Of a stretch of 64,000 bases of DNA, positions 14,804-28,400 are shown one piece after another; the first letter of the stretch is position 1; the number at the start of each line of letters is the position of its first letter. The translations under genes were made by a program, and so were the position numbers. The notes under the pieces were generated by a model. That model saw nothing but the letters and a program-made list of their open reading frames with translations, had not been told where the DNA came from and did no database searches. Source of the DNA: Chrysomallon squamiferum (lineage: Eukaryota; Animalia; Mollusca); the NCBI GenBank assembly GCA_012295275.1, contig CM022665.1, forward strand, positions 15,314,001 through 15,378,000, read 5' to 3'.

Positions 14804-17026
14804 TATATATATATGAAGGAATCACTGATTCTTTTATATGCATCTCTGAATAGATCTTGAATTTTTTTTTATTTTATAATTTAAGTCTGATGATTAATTG
14901 CTTCAAAAAACTTGCAGATTCTTGTAAACAAAATATTTTGCTTAAAGCTTTGCAAATGATATATAAAATAAATAATTCCTTTAAAAAAAATTGTTTAAAA
15001 ATTATTTTAATAATTAATGCTACTGAAACAAACTTTTTTAAATTTTTTTCCACCTTTATTTTCTCTTAAATTTTATTTCTTAGTTCTCTGAGCTTTTGTA
15101 AGTTAAGACTGTCAGCTCTTTTGCTATTGGTCAGAAATTATAAATAAAGCAACCAATCATTTGAATTTATTTGAAAAAAAAAAAATAAAAAAATAATAAT
15201 CTTAGAAAGTTCCATTTTTCATTAAGCAGATATACTGAAAGTGTATACTTTGCATAAAACACACATTTAAGTTGACATATAAATGTACTATGAACCATTT
15301 AAAATATGGGTTTTTAAAATCAGATTTTTTATTTTTTTTGCTTGTCAGTGCAAATTGTGTTTTTATATTTAAAACATTTTGCAATGTTTTACAGGTGTAA
15401 TTTCATACAGATAATTTGTTTCTGTTAGACTAGTGATGTTAATGTATTGTGTATTAATTCGATAAACAATTTGTTTTGCATTTTTTTTTTTTTTTATTTT
15501 TTTCAATACTCTGTGGAATATATGTTGTGAGTTTGAAAGATGTTGTTTCATAAAACAGTGTATCTATGTCAACATACCATTGTGTAAACATGTTGTTTGA
15601 TTATTTTTATTTTTGTTTGTTTTCTCTTTATTTATTTTTTAAATTGAAAGAATCGGTTTAAAATTAAAAATGTGGTTGATTTTAATGTTAATCATTTTGG
15701 TGTTTGTAAATATTGATATTTTATTGATTTTGTTTTTTCAGTAACTTTATTTTTTATTTTTTTATGTTTACTCTTTTAATAAAATCAATAATAACAAATA
15801 ACTAACAAAGATATTTAATTTTAATTTTTAGTTTTTTGAGACTGAAATTATTGAAATGTGAACAAATTAAACTCATCAAGTTTTCTTAATAACAAGTATA
15901 AACAGAACTATTAAATCGATACATACATTTAATAATATCTACAAATTATTCTAATCAACTAATAAAATTTATTTATTACAAAACAAAGTTCTTTTTTAAA
16001 ATATAATTTTTAAAACTGATTTTTGGATGAATACCGTAATACAAATTGTTTAAAAATGTGAATTCTTACCTTTGGTCAGTTCCATATATTAGGTTAAAGA
16101 TACAAGTTCTTGAATAAATTATCTTTTCAGATAACATCCCACCTTTTCATATATAATTATATATAATTTCATCTTCTGAGAAGATAATCAAAACTGTTTT
16201 TGAACCTTGTCTTAACTTTAAATTATGAAAAAAAAAAGTATATATACATAATAAATAAATTTATGGTCCCCTCAGATCATGCATTTTTATCATATCCTGT
16301 AAAGGTAATTTATTTTATTATTCATAATAAAAATTAAAAAATAAATTTTTCAGAACCAAAATGCCATTTCTTTAATTTTATTTCTTTTTGTTACTTCATA
16401 TATATATATTCTTTTTTTTTTCATTCTTTTTTGTTTTTATTTTTTTATTTTAACAGAGGTGAGTTTAACATATATCTTTATACATATCTGTAAATGATAA
16501 CTGCATATTGACAATGCAGAGTGTGAAATGCCTGTGTATTTAATAACTGCCATCATGACATAATTGTGAGATCTCATGCATGCTAATCCAGATGGCCTGA
16601 TTGTGAAATGTTTGTATCTTTTGTATGCTATTTACTTACATCTGACAGTTTTGTTAAGCAGCTTCATCAAGCATTCATGTTCAAACAGCATTTCCATCTT
16701 CACACTGGGTTGTTAATCATCTGAAGTAATGAAATAAAGTCTCATTGGATTTGTCTCCCTTTAAGAGTAAAATATTTTATTTTAATTCTGTGTTTTACAG
16801 TGTGTGTATCACTGCAATACAGATAGAAAAACATAATATTAAGTGGTATTTTTATTTATTTTATTATTTTATTTGTTTATTTACTATTATATTATTATTA
16901 TTATATTCATTTTCTTTTTTCTTTAAAGTTAAACCTGTTTTATTTAAAAGTTATACCCACCAAGAAGATGTTGCTCCTTTTCAAAATGACTAATCTGCCT
17001 CTGCTTTTTGTTTCTCTGATTTTTAT

Positions 17027-17288
17027 AATGATAAGACCAAAATCAACCCTTAATGTATCTAATCGGTTACCTATTCAGCTATTGCCAATTATTAGTAAAT
17101 CAAATGCTATATGGTGTTTTTTCATGTTTATAGAAAAGTATATTTTTAGTAATCCCTGGTTTTTAACCAAAAAATGTAGCATAAATTACCTAAAAAAAAT
17201 TGGTAGGTTCATTGTTTTTATTTCATTTTATAAAATTATATCAACAAAATTTGATATATATTAAAAAGTACTCATATATGTTACTAAT
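17027..17288 (+). repeat. ~260-bp dispersed direct repeat, copy 1
   Basis: AATGATAAGACCAAAATCAACCCTTAATGTATCTAATCGGTTACC...AAAAAGTACTCATATATGTTACTAAT recurs nearly identically at 18973-19230. Confidence 0.9.
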
Positions 17289-18095
17289 AGTGTCTCATTT
17301 TTTTTCCTTTAAATAAATAAATTAAATAAAATTAATTAAATTAAATAAATAAATAAATGACATAATAATAGAGGAAGAAGCATCTTTCATCAAAACCAAA
17401 CACAACTGACAGAAAAGCTTTATTTTTGATTCCTCACTAACAATTTTCTTTAATTGCTTGCTTGCAGATATAAACATTTAAAGGGAGACAATCCAAACCT
17501 TTTAATAATTTTAAAAAAAACAGAAAAAAAGTTTTTAATATTATTCTAAGACATTACCAGTATCACTGCTCACTAATCCTTCTTGTAGTAGCAAAAGAAA
17601 AATAAATAAATAAATAAATAAAAAAAAATAAAAATCTGAAATTGTAAACATTCACTTACATTTTATATATTTTTTTTGATACATAATCCATCTTTGAAAG
17701 TGATTGAACAAAATGTATCAAACTTAATACATAATGAAAAAGAAATAAAGCAACTAAAGAATGAATTAAAATCCTAATGTACTGTCTTGTGAATTTTACA
17801 CTGATCACTGTATTGAAAATCTGAATACATTTTCAAAGATTTAATTTTTTTTAAACATTTGGTCTTGAACTATAAATGACACTAAATTCTGTATGTCTTT
17901 AATTTGATCATTTTATTGAAACTCAGAATAAATTATAAATCTAATTGGCAATTTAATTTTTAATTTTTTATTGTTTTTAAATCTGGTCTGGAAACATAAA
18001 TGTGACTGAATTTTATATCTATCTAATTTAATCAAAACCAGTTTAAATGTTATTTAATTTTGCATTGAGCTACAAATAAATCATTTCTAGCAATG

Positions 18096-18129
<34 letters not shown>

Positions 18130-18972
18130 TTAAATAATTATCAACAGGCCTCTGATCTGGAATACCTCATAGCAAGCAGCATCATTTTAATTTGTGTGTG
18201 TATTCATTTTTCATTTTAGTAATAATCTTATTTATTTTATTTTCCACTGTTGACAGGTGGGAAAACCCAAGAATTGTCATCACAAAAAAAAAAAAAAAAA
18301 AAAAAAAAATTGCAAAATAACAACAGGTTTGGGTTATTTTTTAACTGATCATATCTAGTAATGTATAGATAGTTTTGTAAAATAAAAATAAAAATATTTG
18401 CACCCTTATCAAGTGTTTTTTTTAATTTATTTCTTTTGTTTCCTTTTTTTTCATGTGTTTGCTTTTGTTAGGTCATTTTAAATCATTTGGTGGAAATTTT
18501 TTGGTTGAAACACTCTTATTAAGGTGTATAAGAAAGTGTAGCCAGCACATTCCCATTCATTACCAAAGAGCATGCTAAACCACTTTCTGAGATACATCAC
18601 TAAGAACAATAATAACTAACCAGTAAAAGGATTAAACATTTTAACATTATTTTCTCTCACTAAGGTTGACTTAAAATATAAAATGAGAATATAGTTTGGT
18701 TACAAAGCAACTATATCAGATTAAATACCATTCCTCCAAAAAGATTGTCTTTTCAATATTTATGTTGGTAACATGGCTAATGATTTAATATTTTGGACTT
18801 TTAAAAAATATAATTGTAGCTATTCATATCAGATGAAAATATCATTACTCTTAATATACTTGTGTATAGCTCATGCACTTATCTTTAGAAAGAATTATAT
18901 GTAAATACTTGCTGACATTTGTTTTCCTTCACATTATTATGATCTTGCCTGATTGTTGCAGAAGGCAGAGGG

Positions 18973-19230
18973 AATGATAAGACCAAAATCAACCCTTAAT
19001 GTATCTAATCGGTTACCTATTCAGCTATTGCCAATTATTAGTAAATCAAATGCAATATGTTTTTTCATGTTTATAGAACAGTATATTTTTAATAATCCCT
19101 GGTTTTTACCAAAAAATGTAGCATAAATTACCTCAAAAAAATAGGCAGGTTCATCTTTTTGATTTCTTTTTCTAAAATTACATCAAGAAAATTTGATAAA
19201 TATTAAAAAGTACTCATATATGTTACTAAT
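18973..19230 (+). repeat. ~260-bp dispersed direct repeat, copy 2
   Basis: The first ~80 nt are identical to copy 1, with scattered substitutions and small indels after that. Confidence 0.9.
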
Positions 19231-21269
19231 TTAATTTACTAATACAAATATACAGCGCATAAACTAAAATGTTTAATCTACAGTGTTTTAATATAAAATG
19301 TTTAATCAACATTGTTTAATCTAAAACATTCAATTTACAGTTTTGTAACACTTTGAATACAGGCTATGTCAGTAATTGCTAATGACATTTACTTTATTCT
19401 GATTCTTCCTATTTCCTTGTTTCATTTCACAACAACCAATCAGTTTTCTTCATTTCTCTTCTCTGTTAGTATCACATTTCCAGTGCAATACTTCCTTGTT
19501 CTGCGTGACTGATACAAACTGGTATTTGATAGCAATAACAGATTGTTGATTACTTTCAAGTTTAGCTAAATAGAAGTATGGAAATAACCAAGTACAAGTG
19601 GACTTAGGATTTGATTTAATCAACACTTACAATTTTTATTATTATTATTACCTGGTTGCTTCATTATTGTTGTTGTTGTTGTTGTCATTTTGTTGTTGTC
19701 ATCATCATCATCATTATTAGTATAGTTCTTGGGTTTTCAAGTTTATTATTGTTAATATTATGTATGTGTACATAAATCTGATCACTTGTGGTTAATTAAT
19801 TTTGTGTTTATTTTTAATTAACTGAAATTTAATTCATTCTATTCTATAAATTAGTAAGTCCAGTAATCTCAAGAATGTGTGTTGTATTTTAAAAATTTAA
19901 ATAAATATTTATTATTATCATTATTTTTTTAAACTATTTTTTGTTGTAAAATAAAAATACAATGATAATAATGAGTATTTATTTAATTTTTGTAGTTACA
20001 TCATACATCCTAATAATTAAAATATCCTTAGCAAGAACTACTACTACTACTACTACTAATAATAATAATTCTTTAACTACTACTAATACTACTTACTTTC
20101 TGTTCAGATATTTTTGTGTTTTTTTGTTGTTGTTTAATTTTTTTAATTAAAGCTGAAATCCAAGTGCACTGCATTGAAATCTCTAAGATAACTTTTCAAA
20201 TGTGTTTTGTTTATTTTTATTTATTTGTTGTTTTTTGTCATAATTATTTCTATTTTATTTTTTCTTTATTTTATTTTTTTATAATAATAATACTGATCAT
20301 TATTTTAATAATAGTAGTAGTACCTGTAGTAATAGTAGTAGTACTAGTAGTAGTAATTGTAGTAATAGTAGTAGTGGTGGTAGTGGTAACAGTAATAGTA
20401 AGTCAGCTAAAACTGTAAACCTGAACATTTCAAAACCCTTTATTAGTTAAAAAATGTCCACAAATCGGTAACTCAGCAATACATATACTTGTTACATATT
20501 GCAACATCTGACATACAGAAAGTAAACAGATATAAAACTGAAGCAAGAAAATCCTAATATCTAGTTAAAAAGTAAACATTTTATAAGATAAAATACTTAT
20601 TTTGTTTGTTATGCAGAAAGTAAATAAATATAAACCTGAAGAAAGAGAATCCTGATAATTTTATAAATATATTCATTTTCTTTTTAATATTATTTTTTTA
20701 TATATAGTGTTTATACTATTGTTTAAAAAAATTTTTTTTTTATCTTATTCAAAATAATAAAATTTAATATATAATTAACAAAATTATAAATAAATGTTTT
20801 TTAAAAAAGAAAACACATATTCCCTCCAAAAAAAAAAAAATGAGTAAGCAGTTAATTTTTAAAATATTAAAAATAAAATCTAAAAAGGTAAAAAAATTAC
20901 ACATTCTTTAGGTGTGTTAAATCAGGAAAGTGGAAGAAAATTTGAATAGTTTCTAATCAGTTAAGAAAACATGATTATTTTAATTTATATTTCCACTGAA
21001 TATTTCATTTCTACATTATTGTCGTAGGGCAAAACCATTTTCTTTTCTTCTAATTTATTTACAAGTGTGGTTAAGGAAAAGTACCATTAACAATCAGTCA
21101 TGTATAAATTACTTACACCAAGCAAACAAACAAACAAAAAATAATAAAACAAAAACAAGAGTGAAATAATTAATTAAATAATATATAACACTTTTTCTTT
21201 TTGTTTAATTAATTAATTAAATTATTTATTTAAAACAAACAAAAATGCTATATATATGATATATATAAT

Positions 21270-21570
21270 TTTTTAAACTACTTGTTATAGCTAAAATGAA
21301 TAGTTTAAGATGATATATTATGATATGTAATAAAGTGTTTTAAACCATTTGTTATATTTAAAACAAGCAGGTAAAAATTCTGTATTATGATATATAGTGT
21401 TCTTAAACTACTTATTAAATCTAAAATGAGTAGTTTAAGATGCAGTATTATATCATAATATAGCATTTTAAACTATTTGTTATATCTAAAGTGAATAAGT
21501 TAAATGCTATATTATGATAAAATCATGTAATATAATGTTTTAAACAACTTACTGTAATGAATAGTTTAAA
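21270..21570. repeat. Degenerate ~63-bp tandem repeat, about 5 copies
   Basis: Units resembling TTTAAACTACTTGTTATATCTAAAATGAATAGTTTAAGATG...TATTATGATAT at ~21272, 21338, 21403, 21466 and 21538. Confidence 0.75.
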
Positions 21571-23405
21571 ATGCTTAACACATTTGATTCGCAACCCTTT
21601 TGAAATATGCTGTTGTCATCCTTATATAAAATTGATAAATAAAGCAACTTTCTATACAAATTACCCATTTTAATATATTAAAAAATGATGACAATGTTGA
21701 TGCAATTATTTTATTATTCCAGAATTTTCAACTTCATAGACAGATGTAAGTCAAACATCACATATAATGTGGAATTACATAAATGATTAACATATAAAAA
21801 TAAATTCCCATTCAAGGACAAAATTCTTTTATCATAATTAAATAATATATATCAGCAAAAAGTATCTTAATGAAATAATTTCAAATAATTTTGGCAAAAC
21901 AGATGTTTGGGGTGAGGTAAAAAATCAAAGCTTACACAAGTGATTAAAACAAAATTATGATGCTTATAAAATACATGTATATAAAATCCTGAGAATAAAT
22001 TTTGGCTTTTGTGTTTCACACAATGGATATTTCCACTACCATTTTAGACAAAAACCAACAATAAACTGTAGATAAAGTAAAAATTCCAAAGATCATTTTA
22101 TCTGTTATGACATAATATAAAACTACAGACTTTGGTTTAAAAATGTCAGTGTCATATTTGAAGTCATCAGAATTAAGATAATGTTCACTTATAAAGATCA
22201 AAGAAAATCAAATGTTTTCAATAAAAACTATTTTAAATGTAAAAACAAAACAAAAAATAAAACTGTAATTTGGATTACATTATCATGTCAGTAAGTTGTC
22301 TAAATTTGGAAGCAAAACCAGAATTAAGAACATTTCCATTATCAAATAAAAAATAATTCTGTGATTATAAAAAGTCATTTATGAATCTCATAATATCGGA
22401 CAAAATGAAAAACAAATTTTTGACTTTGATCTTGCCGATTTCATCATAACCATGTCTCTAGGGTAAAATTAATATTGCCTGGTTAAAAAAAAAATACACA
22501 CAACAAAACCAAGAGTGCCATAAATCTACATTAGTTTGATGCCTATATTTTAAAAAATAGTATTGACAAAATGGAATATATTAACTGTCAAAATTAAGTG
22601 TAAAAATGAATATATAAAATAAATTAAATTACAAATATAACCAAAGGTATGTCAAAACTTCAATATATTTAATATGTACAAATATTATGGTTATATAACA
22701 GTTTGGAAATATTAAAAAATAATAATAATAAATAAAAATAGTAATAAAAAAATAAAAAATAAAAAATCATAACAAAAAAAATGTCCTTTTGTTAAAACCG
22801 TACAAATGTTAAAGATTACACAATTGAGCATATGTGAAATAACAGCAGTTTGTTAAAAAAACATTAATAAAAAAAAATAATAAAGTTTTTATAAATTAAA
22901 AATATCACAGTAATTTAGAAATGTAAAATTTAACTATATAAAGGTTACTTGTTAACAGCAATATAAGAATATATCACATGTCAAAAACTGAAGATGTTGT
23001 AAAACTAACACAGTAACATTGCAACATTTGAATGAGTAATATACTCAAAGGGCCACTCCCTATAACATTGTACTTCATTCTTGTACTCAAGATTTTTTCA
23101 AGCTGTCCTCAGTAAGGATCTAGCCACTGTTATGTATCTGGGCCAGACCTACAGGTTACACCATTTAGTTTGGTGGCAAAGAGACAAGACACATGCAGCT
23201 TTATTTGACACAGCAACCAAATATTGGTAGCTCTTTTAAAAGGTTTTCAAGCAAGTTAGGTGACTAATGACCATATGTATGATGAAGATGCATTAAAAAT
23301 TCCTTTCTGCTGTATGTTGGCATGAAGATGAAGTACATGTCATATGGAATGGCCTCTCTATTGCAATACATCAAAATGAAGTCTGCTTCAAGTTTGAAGC
23401 TAAAT

Positions 23406-24437
23406 TCAGCAGTCCACTTCTTGTTCTGTAAGGTTGTGATCGGAAAAACTGCGAGGTCTGTCTACAGCTGAGGCAGAGCGTGAGGATTCCTGGGTGGGTA
23501 TGGGAGGCTGTCCGGGTGGGCCTACAGATATCCGTCCACATGAATCCATAGCAGGGTGCTGCTGGTGGATGTAGCGCTCCATTAGCCAGTTGGTATTGCG
23601 TGAACTGAAATTATTACTCAGTTCAAACAAATTGACGACAGACAATTTCTGACAAAAGGTTAAGGAAATAAATAAATAAGTAAGTAAACAAAAAATACAT
23701 AAATAAATAAGTAAATAAAAAAAGTAGATGAATAAGTAAGTAAATAAAAAAAGAACTAAACAAATGAATGAATGAATGAATGAAGAAAGAAATAAACAAC
23801 ACAAAAAAGAAAAAAAAAAAAAAAAAAAGACTGTAAGATTAAAAATTGTAACTGTTTGTCTATATAAGGATACTTTATTTTTTGGCAATGGAGGTAACTG
23901 GAACATAGATGGTGGTTGTGTCAATCTTAAATCTGTTGATCCTGAAAAAACCCAGAAAGAAAATAAAGTTATTATAAAAAATTAAATTGAACAAAAATGA
24001 TTTTTTTTCTTTCTTTTTCTTCTGTTTTTTCTATTTAAATAAGTCAGATTAACATCATTTTCTTGTAAATCTATATTCAGATTTAAGATAAACATCACAT
24101 TCTTTTAAATAATAGTTCTTCACCTTCAAAATTATACAATAATCTTGTTAATATACTTCTAGATTTAAAATTTATGTGATCATTTCTTAACTTAAAAATT
24201 ATAAATCTGAATTTTTACCTGTGGGATGGAAGTACTGATGAGCTCGAGGGTTGAAAATTGTTCCTGTTTTGAAAGGCATAAACAAAGCAGGCAGACTCAC
24301 ATCTGAGAACCAGAAAAACAAATCTACATTAGTTACCTGCACCACTTGTACTAGAACCAACATTTTGGAAATAACACTTTGAAATAAAATACAATTTAAA
24401 TTAAATAAATAATCAAATATAAATCAACAACAAAAAA

Positions 24438-24507
<70 letters not shown>

Positions 24508-25396
24508 TATAATTTAAGTAAATAAATAAAATAAATTAATGAAATAAAAATAAAACAAATAAAATTAAATTAAAAAAGCATAATTATAGTATTAATTTTA
24601 CTGTTTTTCTTTGCAAAGACAATAACTATGCACAGTGGATAGCACTCACTATTATAATATAACATAAATGTGATTACTTATACATTCTTTAAAAGAAAAT
24701 TGTGGAAATTTTCTGTAAATCTCTTATCATTTTGAAAAAAAATATCATGAATTACAAATGTTTATACATTCTTTCCACAAGATCTAAATCGGATTTCATA
24801 TTTCCCTTTAAAAGAAAAGAAGGAATCTTATCAGTAAATAGTTTACATATTACAATTATTTGTACATTCTTAAGCTTAAAATCAGACAAGAAAGAAAAAC
24901 ATTTAAGAATTCTTTAAAAGAAATTTTTTAATTAATCAGTTAAAACTCTTGTTACCTTTGAGTGCATCATACATCTTTTCCTCATGCTTGCTCAGCTTGT
25001 GCTGTCCTGCGAGTTTCTTCTCTATACTGTCTCGAATGTCTTTCAGAGTCTTCTCACTCAGTTCAGCCATGTGCTGTTTGCTCTCTTCCTGATACAGTCT
25101 CAGTCTTTCCATGAACTGAAACACAAAATTAACATGACTGAGTCTTAGAAATATTATCTAAATTATAGTGATTTTAAGTGGCAGTCTTTTTAATATTAGA
25201 TATGTATATATGTATGTGCTTTCATCCATACATACATAAATATACATAAATATACATACAAACATACATACATACATACATGTATTATATATGTATAAAA
25301 ATGACAGTATTTTCATGAACTGAATCACAAAATTAACATTAAATGACTATCAATTTGTTAATTTGTTTTCATGTATTAATTTATTTTACTATTACA

Positions 25397-25436
<40 letters not shown>

Positions 25437-28400
25437 AATCAAATTTTATTCAACTCACATCTTCAGGTAATGATTCTCCCCATTTTGGTAATGGACGTCC
25501 AATTCGGAAATTTTTTCTGGGTTTTTGTACTTTGGCAGGCAGAGGTCTGGAATAAAAAGTTTTCAGTTTTACTTCACTAAAATTATCATAAATGACATAC
25601 TAACAAATAAAGAAATAGTTACTACAAATATTGAAAATATACAAAATAATAAAAATAACAATATGTCACCAATGGTCTAACAGTATTAATAATTCAATCA
25701 TACATGTTCTCAAACTGTTAAATTTAAAAATCAGTTTTTCTTCTCCCAGTAGGAAGAACCTGTGATGTAATAAGTGAAATATATTTATCTTGAAATTAAG
25801 ACTGATTCATTTACACACTCAATATAAATATATTATGTAAAATAATCAAAAGAATGATTAAATAGCTATCTCTTTGCATTACGTTCCATTAGCAAGATGC
25901 TTTGATGAAGTAAACAAAATATTTTTACATCAGATAATCAGTCAACCATACTGCATTTACCTCATCCCATTAACTAGAGCCTTAACAAATTATGTACAAA
26001 ATCTCTCCTCATCTCATCTAATTAGCAAGAATTTTTCAAGGAGTAAATAAAACACTTTTTATCTTGAGATAATAAATTACTCATACATATATTGAAATGG
26101 TTAAATTTAAGATCAACCATTCCATCAGCCAGAGCATTTGACGAAGTAAATGAAACATCTTTATCTTGAGATAAACAGTGAGTCATACAAATATACTTCA
26201 ACTGTTAATTTATAATCCAGTTTCCCCTCACCTCATTCCATTTGCCAGAGCTTTTGAAGGTGTGAATGAAACATCTTTATCTTGAGCTGCAGACTCTGCA
26301 AAGATTCTTGATGGACTGGACCTAGCTGCTGGACTGCGCCTCATTTGATCATGGAGAGATGGAGATGCAGTGGTAGTTCGACTGCCTTCTGAACGAGGAC
26401 GTAGTGACTGTTGTTGCTGTTGATGAAGCAGCTGCTGTCTTTCCAACTCCATCTGCTGAAGTTGTGATGCCAGTTCTTTTAGCTGATTCCTGAAAGAAGA
26501 AATGTAAAAAAACTGAAATTTATCTAATTAAAAAAAAAATAAAAAAAACATTTAAAAAAAAGAAAAGGGAAATAAATGTTTGAAAATCTATTGTTTCTAT
26601 TATTAAAAAGTATCAGTAAACATAACCATGTAAAAAAAGAGTGGATACTACTTCAGTGTGAGGCCCAGAACACGATTATGCCAGAGAAATAAAGTGTTCC
26701 AATACACTGATTCAGAGCTGCTCTATTCAAGACAGTGTTTCACAACTTACTTATCAAAGGCTGTTGTTGTAAGATTGTCAGTCATTGATCTATGTGAAAT
26801 ATATACTTATATCTGTTGAAGGTTCAGAAGCATTTTTTTTCGAGTAGATAATCCAAAGAAATTAGCTGTCTGTTCAAGTCTGTGTGTGTGATGCTATTGT
26901 ATACAAATAATAATAACAAAAAATAATATATCCATTTACTGTATCTGGTGCTCTATGTGTTTATGGCAGTGGAAAATATTTATATTGCAAAAAGGTATAT
27001 AAAATAAAAAATGCTCACTCATATGTGTCTTTAAGTATCTGCATATCTTCATCATGTGCAGATATCAGATTGTCATAATCAGCTTTCAAAATAGTTTCCT
27101 AATAATAAAAAAATTAAAATAAAATTAAAAAATATTAAAATCTCATTTAAAATACATCAACCAAATATTAAACAGAATATTCTAGAAATCCAAAGCATGA
27201 TTAAAATCCATTACAGGAACATAAACCTAGTAATAAAGTATTGGAACATAACCCCAAATTTAAACGTATCTTTCACATATTAACATGCTAAGATACTGCA
27301 TAGAGAAGCTAAAAAGATTATTGACTAACCTCTTGAGGTTCTGGTGTGAAGATGATGGCAGAGGTGGCACCATCTCGGAGTTCTTTGTGAAGCTCCTCTT
27401 TAGTTGTTGTGCTGAGATCAAAGCCAGTCAAATCAAACACTAGTTCATTGACTCCATAGGTGCCTGAATAAAAATTGTTTTACTTATTATTTATTTAGTC
27501 ACAATTCAGAATAAATTATTAGGTTCATCCAAAAAATCATCAACAACAGTAAAATAATAACAATAGTAGCAATGATAACAACAACGATGACAACAACAAC
27601 AATGACAGTAAGTACATTCACTAAAAGGGTGCCTAGATAAAAAATAATTAATATTTTGCTATCAATTTTTTGAACATTGTTATTCATAAAACAGTTTACA
27701 TTCTACATTTATATCAGTAAAAGCAAACACTAACTCATTAGGTGCCCAAGTATAAAATAATTATTATTTATTCATTTAGTAATCATTCAGCACTGATATA
27801 TATTTGAAATTTTTACAAACTTATTCACTGCATAAAAAATAATGTCATAATAAAAGAGGAAAAATATCAGCTAAGCTACTTTATTCTCAAACTTTATTAT
27901 TAGAAAAGATTTTTACTATGTCATTATAAAACAGTCTGACTATAATATACTAAGACTGCAGCTACAGAACAATATTCCATTAACTTGAAATGAGTAAGGA
28001 AAAAAAAAATAATAATTTAAATGAAATTTGGCAAAATGTATCTCTAGTATAATTACATACAGGTATTTTTAATTTAATTTAAAAACATTACAAGTTTAAT
28101 TCAATATATTCTTTACAATTAAGCTGTTCGGATTACTTATGGATTGTCCTCATCATTTCAGATAAGGGATAACTAACCTATGCATTTTGGATGAAAAATA
28201 AACAAGAAACTTATGTATATCATACCACACTGTCTGTTGAAGCTAAGTGGTCTCCTCTTCTTTCCCCAGTACAGTACAAGGGGCAGATTACCACAAGGCA
28301 TGTGGAGGGAACTTGAACTACCCCCATGTAATGAGTACAGAGGGAAGGGTAAGGGATCAACATCTTTCACTGGATCATCCTTTAATTTAGTGGTGTCTGC

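Noticed and set aside
19962-20418. ORFs with poly-T/N and poly-V/I runs
   Set aside because: Products of (ACT)n, (AAT)n and (GTA)n microsatellites.
23385-23411. The minus gene ends TGC-TGA-ATT-TAG (Cys-UGA-Ile-stop), like C-terminal Cys-Sec motifs, followed by a small hairpin GCTTCA-AACT-TGAAGC
   Set aside because: I found no convincing SECIS (ATGA...AA...GA with paired stems) in the next ~400 nt, and the tail is not redox-like. SECISearch on 20400-23400 (minus strand) would settle it.
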